Shown here: one piece after another, positions 1 to 10,174 of the stretch
Numbering within the stretch: the first letter of the stretch is position 1
How the letters are laid out: every line of letters begins with the position of its first letter
Source of the DNA: an uncultured Erysipelotrichaceae bacterium
Lineage (GTDB): Bacteria > Bacillota_I > Bacilli_A > Erysipelotrichales > Erysipelotrichaceae
DNA: 64,000 nucleotides
Assembly: GCA_902766435.1 (NCBI GenBank)
Contig: CACXDM010000106.1
Coordinates: 10,830 to 74,829, forward strand
Reading direction: 5' to 3'
Position numbers and translations under genes: made by a program
The notes under the pieces: generated by a model
Database searches by the model: none
What the model saw: the letters and a program-made list of their open reading frames with translations, nothing else
What the model was told of the DNA's origin: nothing

Positions 1-2
1 AA

Positions 3-2003
3 GACCGCTCGCTCAGACTGACACCGAAACGAATCGAAGCGCTTCACCGGCTCGGAATCAACGATACCGACGGAGTGCTCTCCTATTATCCTTTCCGTTA
101 TGACATCATGAATGTCCGTCCTTTTGAGGAATGGAAGGAAAAGGATAAGGTTTTTTTTGAGGGTGAAATCGTCAAAACGGCAAGGACATGGCGGCATGGC
201 AGAAAGTCGTCCACCGTATTTGAAGCCGAAGCATATGACCGCGTTCTGAAGATCACAATCTATAACCGTCCCTGGGCGTCAAATCTCACAATGAACCAGC
301 GGATTTTCATCCAGGGGATATATATGGGAAAGAACCGTGTTACGGCTGTTTCCTATGATACAAAGCCGATAGCGGAACATGCGGCGGTTACTCCTGTCTA
401 CAGTGTGAAGGAGGGAATCCGGCAGCAGACAGTAAGGGCATGTGTCGAAAGAGTGTATGAAACTGTCCAGAATGAGATCCGGGATATCATTCCTGAGGAG
501 TTTATCCGCCGTTACCGTCTTCTGAGAAAAGCGGATGCGCTGAGAAGAATACATTTTCCATCTAATCCGTCTGATATCGAAAAGGCTGCCAGAACACTGA
601 AATATGAAGAGTTTCTCCGTTTCTTTACGGCTGTTCAGCTGCTGAAAAACAGTGACGCTGATTCATTGATTAAGGAGGCAAAGCACTTTGACGGAAATAT
701 GATTCTCCAGGCAGCCGCAAAACTTCCCTATAAACTGACAAAAGGGCAGGCAGATGCGCTGAATGATGTGCTCAGGGATATGAGTTCCCCGAAACCGATG
801 TACCGTCTTGTTCAGGGGGATGTCGGGTGCGGAAAGACAGTGGTGGCAGCACTGGCACTGTACGCTGATTATCTCAGCGGCTTTCAGGGAGCGCTTCTTG
901 CGCCGACCGAGATTCTTGCCCGTCAGCACCTGATTTCACTGCGTGAGACGCTTTCTGATACGGGAGTCAGGATCGAACTGCTGTGCAGCGGCATACCGGC
1001 AGCGGAAAGAAAGACAATACTTGAAGATACCTCTTCAGGAAAGATTGATATCCTGGTCGGAACACACAGTCTGATTCAGGATGACGTCACATTTAAAAAG
1101 CTCGGGTTGGTGGCGGCTGATGAACAGCAGAGATTCGGTGTGGAACAGCGCAGAAAGCTCAGGGCAAAAGGCGTTCAGACGGATTTTCTGCTGATGAGCG
1201 CAACACCGATTCCGCGGACACTGGCATCAGCTCTTTTCGGGGATATGGATGTTTCGACAATTGAGACGATGCCTTCGGGACGCAGACCTCCTGTTACGGC
1301 TCTGATCAGGGAAAACAGTTTCCGCTCCGTTCTTTCCGATGTCAGAAAGCTTCTGGATCATGGCCGGCAGCTGTATGTCATCTGTGCGGCAGTGGATCAG
1401 AATGAGGAGTACCATGCAAGGAATGTGTATGATACCGCAAATGCCCTTCAGGTTCTGTTCTCCGATCTCAAAGTCGGCGTACTGCACGGGCGGATGACAA
1501 GTGCGGAAAAACAGAGTGTCATGGAGGCATTTGCGGCTGATGAGATTCAGGTTCTTGTCAGTACGACGGTTGTGGAAGTCGGGATGAATGTTGTCAATGC
1601 GACGGGTATGATCGTATATGACGCGGACAGATTCGGTCTTTCCCAGCTTCATCAGCTGCGGGGAAGAGTACAGCGGGGAAGCGAGCAGGGTTACTGCTGG
1701 CTGCTGACGGGAAGCGATGATCCCAAAACGCTTGAAAGACTGGAAGTACTCGTAAAGACAAATGACGGATTTGTTATTTCATATGAAGATTTACGGCTCC
1801 GCGGACCTGGTGATATACTTGGTACAAGGCAGAGCGGTGTTCCCGATTTCATTCTCGGTAATGTAACGGAAGACACAAATGTAATCAATACATCACGCAA
1901 AGATGCGGAATGGATCGTATCTCACAGGGATAATCCCGATTACGCTGCAGTGATTGACTCGGTAAATGCCGGGCTGGACGGCGCATCGGGCTACAGGGAT
2001 TAG
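3..2003 (+). CDS. recG: ATP-dependent DNA helicase RecG (5' end lies upstream of the window)
   Basis: Frame is open from position 3 (DRSLRLTPKRIEALHRLGIND...). Motifs QGDVGCGKT, DEQQRFGV, MSATPIPRT, QLHQLRGRV and DLRLRGPGDILG. Confidence 0.97.
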   Translation, partial: DRSLRLTPKRIEALHRLGINDTDGVLSYYPFRYDIMNVRPFEEWKEKDKVFFEGEIVKTARTWRHGRKSSTVFEAEAYDRVLKITIYNRPWASNLTMNQRIFIQGIYMGKNRVTAVSYDTKPIAEHAAVTPVYSVKEGIRQQTVRACVERVYETVQNEIRDIIPEEFIRRYRLLRKADALRRIHFPSNPSDIEKAARTLKYEEFLRFFTAVQLLKNSDADSLIKEAKHFDGNMILQAAAKLPYKLTKGQADALNDVLRDMSSPKPMYRLVQGDVGCGKTVVAALALYADYLSGFQGALLAPTEILARQHLISLRETLSDTGVRIELLCSGIPAAERKTILEDTSSGKIDILVGTHSLIQDDVTFKKLGLVAADEQQRFGVEQRRKLRAKGVQTDFLLMSATPIPRTLASALFGDMDVSTIETMPSGRRPPVTALIRENSFRSVLSDVRKLLDHGRQLYVICAAVDQNEEYHARNVYDTANALQVLFSDLKVGVLHGRMTSAEKQSVMEAFAADEIQVLVSTTVVEVGMNVVNATGMIVYDADRFGLSQLHQLRGRVQRGSEQGYCWLLTGSDDPKTLERLEVLVKTNDGFVISYEDLRLRGPGDILGTRQSGVPDFILGNVTEDTNVINTSRKDAEWIVSHRDNPDYAAVIDSVNAGLDGASGYRD

Positions 2004-2012
2004 GAGTTGAAA

Positions 2013-2687
2013 ATGGATATTACGGAATGGCTGAAAAACAGAGGGATCACCGTGAATGACGAGAAGATGATCCATCAGGCGTTCATGCATTCTTCCTACG
2101 CGCATGAGCATAAGGGAAGACATGATAATGAACGTCTCGAATTCATGGGTGACGCAGTGCTGCAGCTTTGGTCAAGCAATGCGATCTTTCCTCTGAATCT
2201 GAACGAAGGACAGATGACAAGACTCCGTTCCCAGCTTGTATGTGAGGGAGCTTTGGCGGAATACGGAAGGGAACTACATCTGAATGACTTTCTTCTTCTG
2301 GGAGCCGGTGAAGAAAAAACAGGCGGCCGCAATAAGGATGCGATCATTGCGGATATGTTTGAGGCATTTCTCGGTGCTCTGTTCCTGGATCAGGGAATGA
2401 CAGCTGTTGATAATATACTGAATGAAGTGATTATTCCGAGAATTGCAAATCCCGATGAATTCGGTCAGATGAAGGACTATAAGACAAAACTTCAGGAATA
2501 CGTTCAGGCAGACAGCAGACGTACTATACGCTATGTGCTCGTATCCGAAACCGGTCCGGCAAACGCGCCGGTGTTTGTGATGAACGCGGTAATCGACGGG
2601 CTGATTCTCGGAACGGGAGAAGGCACCACGAAAAAGAAAGCGGAACAAAACGCGGCAAAAAATGCATTTGAAAAAATGGCGAAATAA
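2013..2687 (+). CDS. rnc: Ribonuclease III
   Basis: Signature NERLEFMGDAVL plus C-terminal dsRBD (DYKTKLQE...KKAEQNAA). AGGAG at 2002-2006 favours the ATG at 2013. Confidence 0.97.
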   Translation: MDITEWLKNRGITVNDEKMIHQAFMHSSYAHEHKGRHDNERLEFMGDAVLQLWSSNAIFPLNLNEGQMTRLRSQLVCEGALAEYGRELHLNDFLLLGAGEEKTGGRNKDAIIADMFEAFLGALFLDQGMTAVDNILNEVIIPRIANPDEFGQMKDYKTKLQEYVQADSRRTIRYVLVSETGPANAPVFVMNAVIDGLILGTGEGTTKKKAEQNAAKNAFEKMAK

Positions 2688-2702
2688 TTAAAGGAGAACA
2701 AA

Positions 2703-3977
2703 ATGAAAATCAGTGCACTCAAAGAATTGGTACAAAGCGGCGGTCTTGATGAGAAGCTCATCGAACTGTATGGGGAAGAGGCCCTGGCTTCCCAGAAGGA
2801 AAGGTATCTTAAAGTACTGACAAAGGGACAGGAGCTTTTCGGTGATGAAGACGCATGTCTTTTCAGCGCTCCGGGAAGAACGGAAGTCGGCGGCAACCAT
2901 ACCGACCATCAGCTTGGCCGTGTACTGGCCGCATCACTGAATCTGGATGTCATTGCGGTCGTCAGTCTGCGCAGCGACAAGGTAGTCAGATACGCTTCCG
3001 AAGGCTTCACCGTCGAACCGGTGGATCTCTCTGATCTTTCCATCAGGGAAAAGGAAATCAATACAACGGAAGCGCTGATCCGGGGAACGGCAGCGGGACT
3101 GGAGAAGCTGGGTTACAGAAGCGGCGGTTTTGACTGCTATGCGGAAAGTGATGTAATCCCCGGCGGCGGCATGTCCAGCAGCGCGGCATTTGAAGTACTG
3201 CTCGGAACAATCATGAGTGAACTGTTCAATGACGGTAAGGTCAGCGCGGAGACAATTGCGAAAAACGGTCAGTATGCCGAAAACGTATATTTCGGCAAAC
3301 CGTGCGGACTGCTTGATCAGATGGCATGTTCAGTCGGAAGCTTTGCGGCAATTGATTTTGCGGATAAGGAAAACCCCGTTGTTGAAAAGATCGATTTCAA
3401 TCCGGCAGACTACGGCTACAAGCTGATCCTGACCGATGTCAGAGCGAGCCATGCCGAACTGAGCGGTGAATACGGAGCGGTTCCGGCTGAGATGAAGTGT
3501 GTTGCCAAAGTACTCGGTTATGAAGTTCTGTCTGAGACAAACGAAGCTGAACTGACGGCCAATGTCGGAAAGATCCGTGAGGCATGCGGTGACAGAGCGT
3601 TCCTGCGCGCATATCATTTCGTCAAGGAGACCGAACGGGCAAAACTCCAGGCTGAAGCGCTGAAAAACAAGGATATCGATACATTCCTGAATCTGATCAA
3701 AGAATCCGGTCATTCTTCCTATATGTATCTTCAGAACATCAACGTTCCCGGTGCCATAAAGGATCAGCCGGTTGCGCTTGCGCTTGCGCTGAGTGATTCC
3801 GTTCTTGCGGGCAAAGGCGCGTACCGTGTTCACGGCGGCGGATTTGCCGGAACGATTCAGGCGTTTGTGCCGGAAGCGGATACGGAGAAATATATCGGTA
3901 CGATGGAGAACGCGTTCGGAAAAGGATGCTGCTATGTTCTGCGTGTCAGAAACTGCGGCGGCATCAGGATCATCTGA
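2703..3977 (+). CDS. galK: Galactokinase family (GHMP kinase)
   Basis: APGRTEVGGNHTDH, PGGGMSSSAA, KPCGLLDQ and RVHGGGFAG motifs. Confidence 0.88.
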   Translation: MKISALKELVQSGGLDEKLIELYGEEALASQKERYLKVLTKGQELFGDEDACLFSAPGRTEVGGNHTDHQLGRVLAASLNLDVIAVVSLRSDKVVRYASEGFTVEPVDLSDLSIREKEINTTEALIRGTAAGLEKLGYRSGGFDCYAESDVIPGGGMSSSAAFEVLLGTIMSELFNDGKVSAETIAKNGQYAENVYFGKPCGLLDQMACSVGSFAAIDFADKENPVVEKIDFNPADYGYKLILTDVRASHAELSGEYGAVPAEMKCVAKVLGYEVLSETNEAELTANVGKIREACGDRAFLRAYHFVKETERAKLQAEALKNKDIDTFLNLIKESGHSSYMYLQNINVPGAIKDQPVALALALSDSVLAGKGAYRVHGGGFAGTIQAFVPEADTEKYIGTMENAFGKGCCYVLRVRNCGGIRII

Positions 3978-3991
3978 CAGGAGGGCTGTAA

Positions 3992-5488
3992 ATGCTGAAA
4001 GATGGAAAAATACTGATCGGTAAGGCGGATGATCTTGAGATTTCGCTGATTCCGCGTCAGATGAACAGGCACGGACTGATAGCCGGAGCCAGCGGCACCG
4101 GTAAAACGGTCACACTGAAAGTCATCGCCGAATCACTGAGTGAGCTCGGTGTTCCGACATTTGTGGCGGATGTAAAAGGTGATCTTTCCGGTATGATCAG
4201 ACCCGGCAGTATGGAAGGCATCAGCGGCCGGCTTGAATCCATGGGAATCGAAGACTACGAAGTCAGAAAGTACCCGGTTCATTTCTTTGATGTATACCGT
4301 GAATACGGTCATCCCATCCGTTCGATCCTGCAGGATATCGATCCTGTTCTGCTCAGCCGTATTCTTGATCTTTCCGACGCGCAGCAGGGTGTTCTGAATA
4401 TCATATTCAAGGCTGCCGAGGAAATGGATCTTTCGATTATCGACCTGAAGGATCTGCAGGCAATGACATCCTATGTTGGCGAGCATTCCAAGGATTACAC
4501 GGTGAAATACGGCAATGTTTCAAAACAGAGCGTCGGCGCGATTCAGCGTAAGCTGCTTGAACTCGAAAACCAGAACGGTGATCTTTTGTTCGGTATGCCG
4601 GCACTGAATATTGATGATCTGATTACGACGGAAGGCGGACTCGGCATCATGAATATTCTCGAGTGTGAGAAGCTGTTCCAGCATCCGATGCTTTACAGTA
4701 CGTTCCTTCTGTGGCTGCTTGACAAGCTTTACAGGGAACTGCCGGAAGTCGGTGATCTTGATAAGCCGAAGATCATATTCTTCTTTGATGAAGCGCATCT
4801 TCTTTTCAGCAATGCTTCAAAGCAGTTGATGGAAAAGATCGAGCAGATCATCAAGCTGATCCGTTCCAAGGGAGTCGGTATCTTCTTCTGCACACAGTCT
4901 CCCTCCGATATTCCGAACAGCGTACTGGCACAGCTTTCCAACCGTCTCCAGCATGCCCTGCGCGCTTATACTCCTTCGGAGATCAAGACGGTTAAGCTGG
5001 CAGCGGAATCCTTCCGTCAGAATCCCGATCTGGATACGGCGGAAACGATTACCAGTATGAAAACCGGTTACGCACTTGTATCCGTACTGGACGAAGACGG
5101 CGCGCCGACGATCGTACAGAAAACAAAGATTCTTCCGCCGAAATCCAGCATGGAGATCGCTCCCGCCGAAGAAAGAGCCAGAGCGGTTGAGACAGATTCC
5201 ATCTACGGCAAATACGAAAAGGAATTTGATCCGGAGAGCGCCTTTGAAATGATGGATGACATCTATATGGCAGAGGAAGAGGAAAAACTGCGGCTGGAGG
5301 AAGAAAAGAAACAGGCCAAACTGGAAGAGCAGCGAGCCAAACAGGAAGCCAGGGAACAGGCAAAGAAGGAAAAAGAAAACGACTGGGCCGGAAGAATCGC
5401 CAAAAAGGCGAAGACGAAGGCGGAAACCGAACTGGTCAATATGGCAGCCCGTTCCGCGAAGAAGTTTCTCAAAGGATTATTTAAGTAA
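3992..5488 (+). CDS. DUF853 / YjgR-like HerA-family ATPase
   Basis: NRHGLIAGASGTGKT Walker A, FFFDEAH Walker B, IRSKGVG and RLQHALRAYTP. Confidence 0.9.
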   Translation: MLKDGKILIGKADDLEISLIPRQMNRHGLIAGASGTGKTVTLKVIAESLSELGVPTFVADVKGDLSGMIRPGSMEGISGRLESMGIEDYEVRKYPVHFFDVYREYGHPIRSILQDIDPVLLSRILDLSDAQQGVLNIIFKAAEEMDLSIIDLKDLQAMTSYVGEHSKDYTVKYGNVSKQSVGAIQRKLLELENQNGDLLFGMPALNIDDLITTEGGLGIMNILECEKLFQHPMLYSTFLLWLLDKLYRELPEVGDLDKPKIIFFFDEAHLLFSNASKQLMEKIEQIIKLIRSKGVGIFFCTQSPSDIPNSVLAQLSNRLQHALRAYTPSEIKTVKLAAESFRQNPDLDTAETITSMKTGYALVSVLDEDGAPTIVQKTKILPPKSSMEIAPAEERARAVETDSIYGKYEKEFDPESAFEMMDDIYMAEEEEKLRLEEEKKQAKLEEQRAKQEAREQAKKEKENDWAGRIAKKAKTKAETELVNMAARSAKKFLKGLFK

Positions 5489-5491
5489 GAG

Positions 5492-5517
5492 GCAGGTCCG
5501 ATGTGACCTGCTTTTTT
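5492..5517 (+). terminator. Rho-independent terminator
   Basis: GCAGGTC-cgatgt-GACCTGC followed by TTTTTT. Confidence 0.8.
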
Positions 5518-5553
5518 CATGAGGGTATGATACAATATCACGCAGGTGACAGA

Positions 5554-8500
5554 ATGAATAAGAAAGTATCCGAACTTGGACTGAACATAAATGATCAGAA
5601 CAGCAATATAAATCAAGCCCGTATTACGGGTGTTCGTTTTTTCAGAGCGGCAAACAGAGTGGAAATATCTCTTCATGCGGACGGTGTGCCTTCATTTGAC
5701 TCCTATGTCACGCTGAGGGAACAGATTGAAGACATGACCGGATCGGATGTCAGGCTTTCCGTAGAGACGGATGATCCGAAGATTGATCTGCCTGAGCTGC
5801 GCAAATATACCGATGACTACCGCGACAGAAATCCCGAGTCAGAACCGCTGACCGGATCAGTTTATGTATATGATCCTGATCATGCGTCAATGTCATTCCT
5901 TTTTCATGATGAGATCACGATGGAAATGGCAAGCGCGTATACCGATGATCTTTCGGCGTACCTGAAGGAGATCGGCCTTGGAAAAGTCAATGTGATCTGC
6001 AGTCATTCAAAGCCGGTAGAGACGGAAGTCAGAGATGTTGTTCTGAATATCCAGCCGCCCGAGGAGGAAAAGCCGGTTGTCAGAAAACAGACATACCACC
6101 GGACAAAGACTGATGAATATATCAAGGTTGAACTGAGAGACATTCATGATCCGATCGCGGATATTCAGTTTGAAGGTGAAGTATTTGCGGCGGATATGAT
6201 CGAGATCCGCAAGACGGGAAAAGCGATTCAGACACTCTCACTGTATGACGGAACAGACGCGATCAATATCAAGCGTTTTGAAGGCAGAGGCACCACAAGG
6301 GAAGACCTTGAATCCGTACACAAAGGGGACAGAATTACCGTATTCGGCAAGATTGAATACGATACCTATGCAAAGGATCTTGTCTGTATCCCGCAGGAGA
6401 TCAGACCGGCAGAGACAAAGACCGTAACCGATATGAGTGAAAACAAGCGTATTGAATTTCATATGCATACCAACATGTCGGAAATGGACGGCGTCTGTGA
6501 CATCAAGGATATTGTCAGTTACGCCTGGCAGATCGGTCACCGGGGCATTGTCATCACGGATCATTCCGATGTGCAGTCCTTTGTCAAAGCATATAATCAG
6601 GCACAGAAGCTGAAGAAATCCGATCCTGAAAGAGAGTTCAGGGTAGGTCTCGGATGTGAGATCAACATGGCAAATGATGCCCTGACAATTGTCCGCAATC
6701 CCACGGATACACTGATTGATGATGCGGAATATATTTCCTTTGACCTCGAAACTACGGGTCTCAGCTGCTATTTTGATCATGTGATCGAATTCGGCGCGGT
6801 CAAGGTGAAGAATCATATGGTTGTGGGCAGAAAGCAGATGTTCATCAAGCCTCCGGTTCCGATTCCGCCGTATATCTCCGCCAAGACGAATATCACAAAT
6901 GAAATGGTCAGGGATGCCGTGTCTTTTGAAGAAGCGGCAGATGAACTGGTCGAATGGATCGGGGACGGGGTTCTCGTTGCGCATAACGCGACATTTGACT
7001 ATTACTGGATGAATGAGGAACTGCGCCGTATCGGACGTCCGCCGCTGACAAACACCGTTATTGATACCCTCGATATGGCCAGAGCCGTACTGCGGGAAAG
7101 AAAGGCTTACCGTCTGGGAAACATCGCGAGAAACTACCGTGTTTCGTATGATGAGGAAGTCGCTCACAGAGCAGACTATGATGCAGAGGCGCTGTACGGT
7201 GTCTTTACGCATCTGTTAAGGGATGCGGAGGAGAAGTTCGGCTGCCGGACAATCCGTGATCTGCAGGATAAGCTTTCAAACGACAGGGATTTCGTCAAGG
7301 TCAGAAGGAGTCATGTCTGCGCGGTTGCCAAAGACCATGACGGCATCCGTGATCTTTACCGTCTTGTCAGTGAATCCAATACCACAACACTGGCGGTAAT
7401 GGGCAAGGCAACGGGAAAGGAAGGAACCGACGTGGCTGCTGAACCGAGAGTTCTCAGAAGTTCGCTTCAGAAGCACCGGGAACACCTGCTGATCGGCAGC
7501 GCCTGTCTCAATGGTGAAGTATTCGAACTGGCATGCAATGGTGATGATGCAAGGCTGGAAGAAGCAATGCGCTTCTATGACTACATTGAAGTACAGCCGC
7601 CCGGGAATTACTCAACGTCCATTGCCCTTGGCAGCATTCCTTCCGTTGACCGTCTGAAGAAGGTCCTGCGCCGTATTATTGATACGGCACGGAAGCTGAA
7701 CATTCCGGTCATTGCGGACAGTGACGCGCATTATCTGACAAAGGATCAGAAGATTTTCCGTGATGTATATATCATGAATCAGGGAGTCGGTGGTGTTACT
7801 CATCCGCTGTATATCCGTGATGAGACGCTGCGTATGCGTACGAAGAGTCCCGATCAGCATCTGCGTCTTACCGATGAGATGCGTAAGGAATTTGCCTGGC
7901 TGGATGATCCGCAGCTGATTGAGGAGATCGTTGTGGAGAATCCCGCAAAGCTGTTTGATCAGATTGAAGAAGTCAGACCGGTTCCGGCCGGAACATTCCC
8001 GCCCCATATCGAGGGCTCTGATGATAAGCTCCGTGAGATCTGTCATGAGACAGCCCGGAGGATGTATGAATTCGAAGGGAAGGTTCCCGCAGTCGTTACC
8101 GAACGGCTGGACGGGGAGCTGGACAATATCATCCGCAACGGGTTTGGCGTACATTACTATATTGCCCATCTGCTGGTAAAGAAGAGCAATGATGACGGTT
8201 ATGTTGTCGGCTCAAGAGGTTCTGTCGGTTCTTCATTTACGGCAACAATGTCGGGAATTACCGAAGTCAATCCGCTGCGTCCGCATTATCTTTGTCCGAA
8301 GTGTCATTACAGCGAGTGGATTGATGATCCGGAAGTGAAGTCCGGCTTTGATCTGCCGGATAAGAAATGCCCGCACTGCGGCAGTGTGATGAAGGGCAAC
8401 GGACACAACATTCCGTTCCAGACATTCCTCGGCTTCAATGCGGACAAGACACCTGATATTGATCTGAATTTCTCGAATGAATACCAGTGGAGAGCGCATG

Positions 8501-9900
8501 CCTTCATCAAGGAAGTATTCGGTGAGGATCATGCCTTCAGAGCAGGTACAATCGGAACAGTTGCCGAGAAGACAGCGTTCGGTTATGTATCGGGTTATTG
8601 TGAGAAGATGAATATCACCGACATGCGGCGGCCGATGAAGGACTATCTGGCCAACAAATGTCAGAATGTCAAACGTACGACCGGTCAGCATCCCGGCGGT
8701 ATTATCATCATTCCGGATGAATATACGGCTGAGGATTTCACGCCCGTTCAGTATCCGGCAAACGATCCGACTTCAGACTGGAAGACAACACACTACGACT
8801 TCCATGATATTCATGACAATGTTCTGAAATTTGATATTCTCGGTCATGTCGATCCGACCGCAATGCGTCTTCTGCAGAATATCGCAGATGTCAAGCCTAT
8901 GGATATTCCGATGAATGATCCCGAGACACTGAGTCTGTTCTATACGGATGATGCGTTAAAGGCCGATCCGCGGGTATACAAGAAGGAAACCGGAGCCCTC
9001 GGACTTCCCGAATTCGGAACCCGTACAACAAGAGGGGTACTTGAGGAGACAAGACCGCACAACTTCTCGGATCTCGTCATTATATCCGGTCTTTCCCACG
9101 GAACCGATGTCTGGTCGGGCAACGCGCAGGAACTGGTCAGACAGGGACATCCGCTGAGTGAGGTTATCGGATGCCGTGACGATATCATGACGTATCTGCT
9201 GGACAAGAAGCTTGAACCGATTGATGCCTTCAAGACAATGGAGGATGTACGAAAGGGAAGAGGTCTGCGTCCGGATCAGGAAGAGAACATGAAGGCGCAT
9301 CATGTGCCCGACTGGTATATTGAATCCTGTAAGAAAATCAAGTATATGTTTCCGAAGGCGCATGCGGTTGCCTACGTCATGATGGCAGTCAGAATCGCAT
9401 GGTATAAAGTGCATGAACCGCATAATTTCTATATTCAGTTTCTGAGTCTGCGGTGTGACGCATATGAAATCGAAACAATGGTAAAGGGAATTGAAGCTGT
9501 CAGAACCCGTATGGATGACATTGCCTCACGCATGCGTGACAGAAACGCGGCAGTTCCCGTAACGAACAAGGAAAAAGCGCTGTTTGATACACTTGAGGTA
9601 TGTGAGGAAATGTATGCAAGAGGCTACCGGATCGGCAATGTTGATCTGTATAAGTCAAAGGCAACACAGTTCTGTATCGCAGACGGGGATACGCATACGA
9701 TTATTCCTCCGTTTACCGTAATTGACGGTCTTGGCGCAAACGTAGCCCGTTCCGTTGAGGAAGCCCGCAGCAGAGCGGAATTCCTTTCCAAGGAGGATAT
9801 TCTGAAGCGCACGCAGCTTTCCGCCACTTTGCTGAAAAAGCTGGAAAAACTCGGCTGTCTTGAAGGAATGCAGGAACAGAATCAGATGTCTCTGTTTTGA
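5554..9900 (+). CDS. polC: DNA polymerase III PolC-type alpha subunit
   Basis: PHP motif HMHTNMSEMDG, inserted exonuclease FDLETTG...HRADYDA, VGSRGSVGSS, PDIDLNFS and KIKYMFPKAHA. Start moved to the ATG at 5554 (AGGTG RBS, extended -10 TGATACAAT upstream). Confidence 0.97.
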   Translation: MNKKVSELGLNINDQNSNINQARITGVRFFRAANRVEISLHADGVPSFDSYVTLREQIEDMTGSDVRLSVETDDPKIDLPELRKYTDDYRDRNPESEPLTGSVYVYDPDHASMSFLFHDEITMEMASAYTDDLSAYLKEIGLGKVNVICSHSKPVETEVRDVVLNIQPPEEEKPVVRKQTYHRTKTDEYIKVELRDIHDPIADIQFEGEVFAADMIEIRKTGKAIQTLSLYDGTDAINIKRFEGRGTTREDLESVHKGDRITVFGKIEYDTYAKDLVCIPQEIRPAETKTVTDMSENKRIEFHMHTNMSEMDGVCDIKDIVSYAWQIGHRGIVITDHSDVQSFVKAYNQAQKLKKSDPEREFRVGLGCEINMANDALTIVRNPTDTLIDDAEYISFDLETTGLSCYFDHVIEFGAVKVKNHMVVGRKQMFIKPPVPIPPYISAKTNITNEMVRDAVSFEEAADELVEWIGDGVLVAHNATFDYYWMNEELRRIGRPPLTNTVIDTLDMARAVLRERKAYRLGNIARNYRVSYDEEVAHRADYDAEALYGVFTHLLRDAEEKFGCRTIRDLQDKLSNDRDFVKVRRSHVCAVAKDHDGIRDLYRLVSESNTTTLAVMGKATGKEGTDVAAEPRVLRSSLQKHREHLLIGSACLNGEVFELACNGDDARLEEAMRFYDYIEVQPPGNYSTSIALGSIPSVDRLKKVLRRIIDTARKLNIPVIADSDAHYLTKDQKIFRDVYIMNQGVGGVTHPLYIRDETLRMRTKSPDQHLRLTDEMRKEFAWLDDPQLIEEIVVENPAKLFDQIEEVRPVPAGTFPPHIEGSDDKLREICHETARRMYEFEGKVPAVVTERLDGELDNIIRNGFGVHYYIAHLLVKKSNDDGYVVGSRGSVGSSFTATMSGITEVNPLRPHYLCPKCHYSEWIDDPEVKSGFDLPDKKCPHCGSVMKGNGHNIPFQTFLGFNADKTPDIDLNFSNEYQWRAHAFIKEVFGEDHAFRAGTIGTVAEKTAFGYVSGYCEKMNITDMRRPMKDYLANKCQNVKRTTGQHPGGIIIIPDEYTAEDFTPVQYPANDPTSDWKTTHYDFHDIHDNVLKFDILGHVDPTAMRLLQNIADVKPMDIPMNDPETLSLFYTDDALKADPRVYKKETGALGLPEFGTRTTRGVLEETRPHNFSDLVIISGLSHGTDVWSGNAQELVRQGHPLSEVIGCRDDIMTYLLDKKLEPIDAFKTMEDVRKGRGLRPDQEENMKAHHVPDWYIESCKKIKYMFPKAHAVAYVMMAVRIAWYKVHEPHNFYIQFLSLRCDAYEIETMVKGIEAVRTRMDDIASRMRDRNAAVPVTNKEKALFDTLEVCEEMYARGYRIGNVDLYKSKATQFCIADGDTHTIIPPFTVIDGLGANVARSVEEARSRAEFLSKEDILKRTQLSATLLKKLEKLGCLEGMQEQNQMSLF

Positions 9901-9903
9901 TTC

Positions 9904-9933
9904 TTGACATTCATTCCCGAAAAGGAAGATAAT
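9904..9933 (+). promoter_or_regulatory. SigA-type promoter for the thrS leader
   Basis: TTGACA (9904-9909), N18, GATAAT (9928-9933). Confidence 0.65.
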
Positions 9934-9944
9934 TTACTGGAAAT

Positions 9945-10158
9945 GTGATGATCAGGACATGATCGCTGTGAACGCTGATGAAGAGAGCTGTACGGCAGGT
10001 GAAAGTGCAGTGAGGCAGCAGTGGATTACTACCTGTGAACAGGGCCTTAATCGGCATCCGGCTGACCGACGTTATCAGGTCGAGAGTGTCCGTTTATTAC
10101 GGGAATGAAGGTGGTACCGCGCAGTCCAGGCGTCCTTGCAGTACAGGGACGCTTTTAT
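9945..10158 (+). ncRNA. T-box riboswitch (Thr)
   Basis: AGAGA and GGTGAA stem-I motifs, Thr codons ACT/ACC at 10028-10033 before TGTGAA, T-box AAGGTGGTACCGCG (10108-10121), terminator GCGTCCTTG...CAGGGACGC-TTTT. Lies directly upstream of thrS. Confidence 0.93.
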
Positions 10159-10174
10159 ATTCTGGGAGGATAAT

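Noticed and set aside
5554-9900. Intein or intron in polC
   Set aside because: Length and domain order are normal for PolC, and no splicing motifs are seen.
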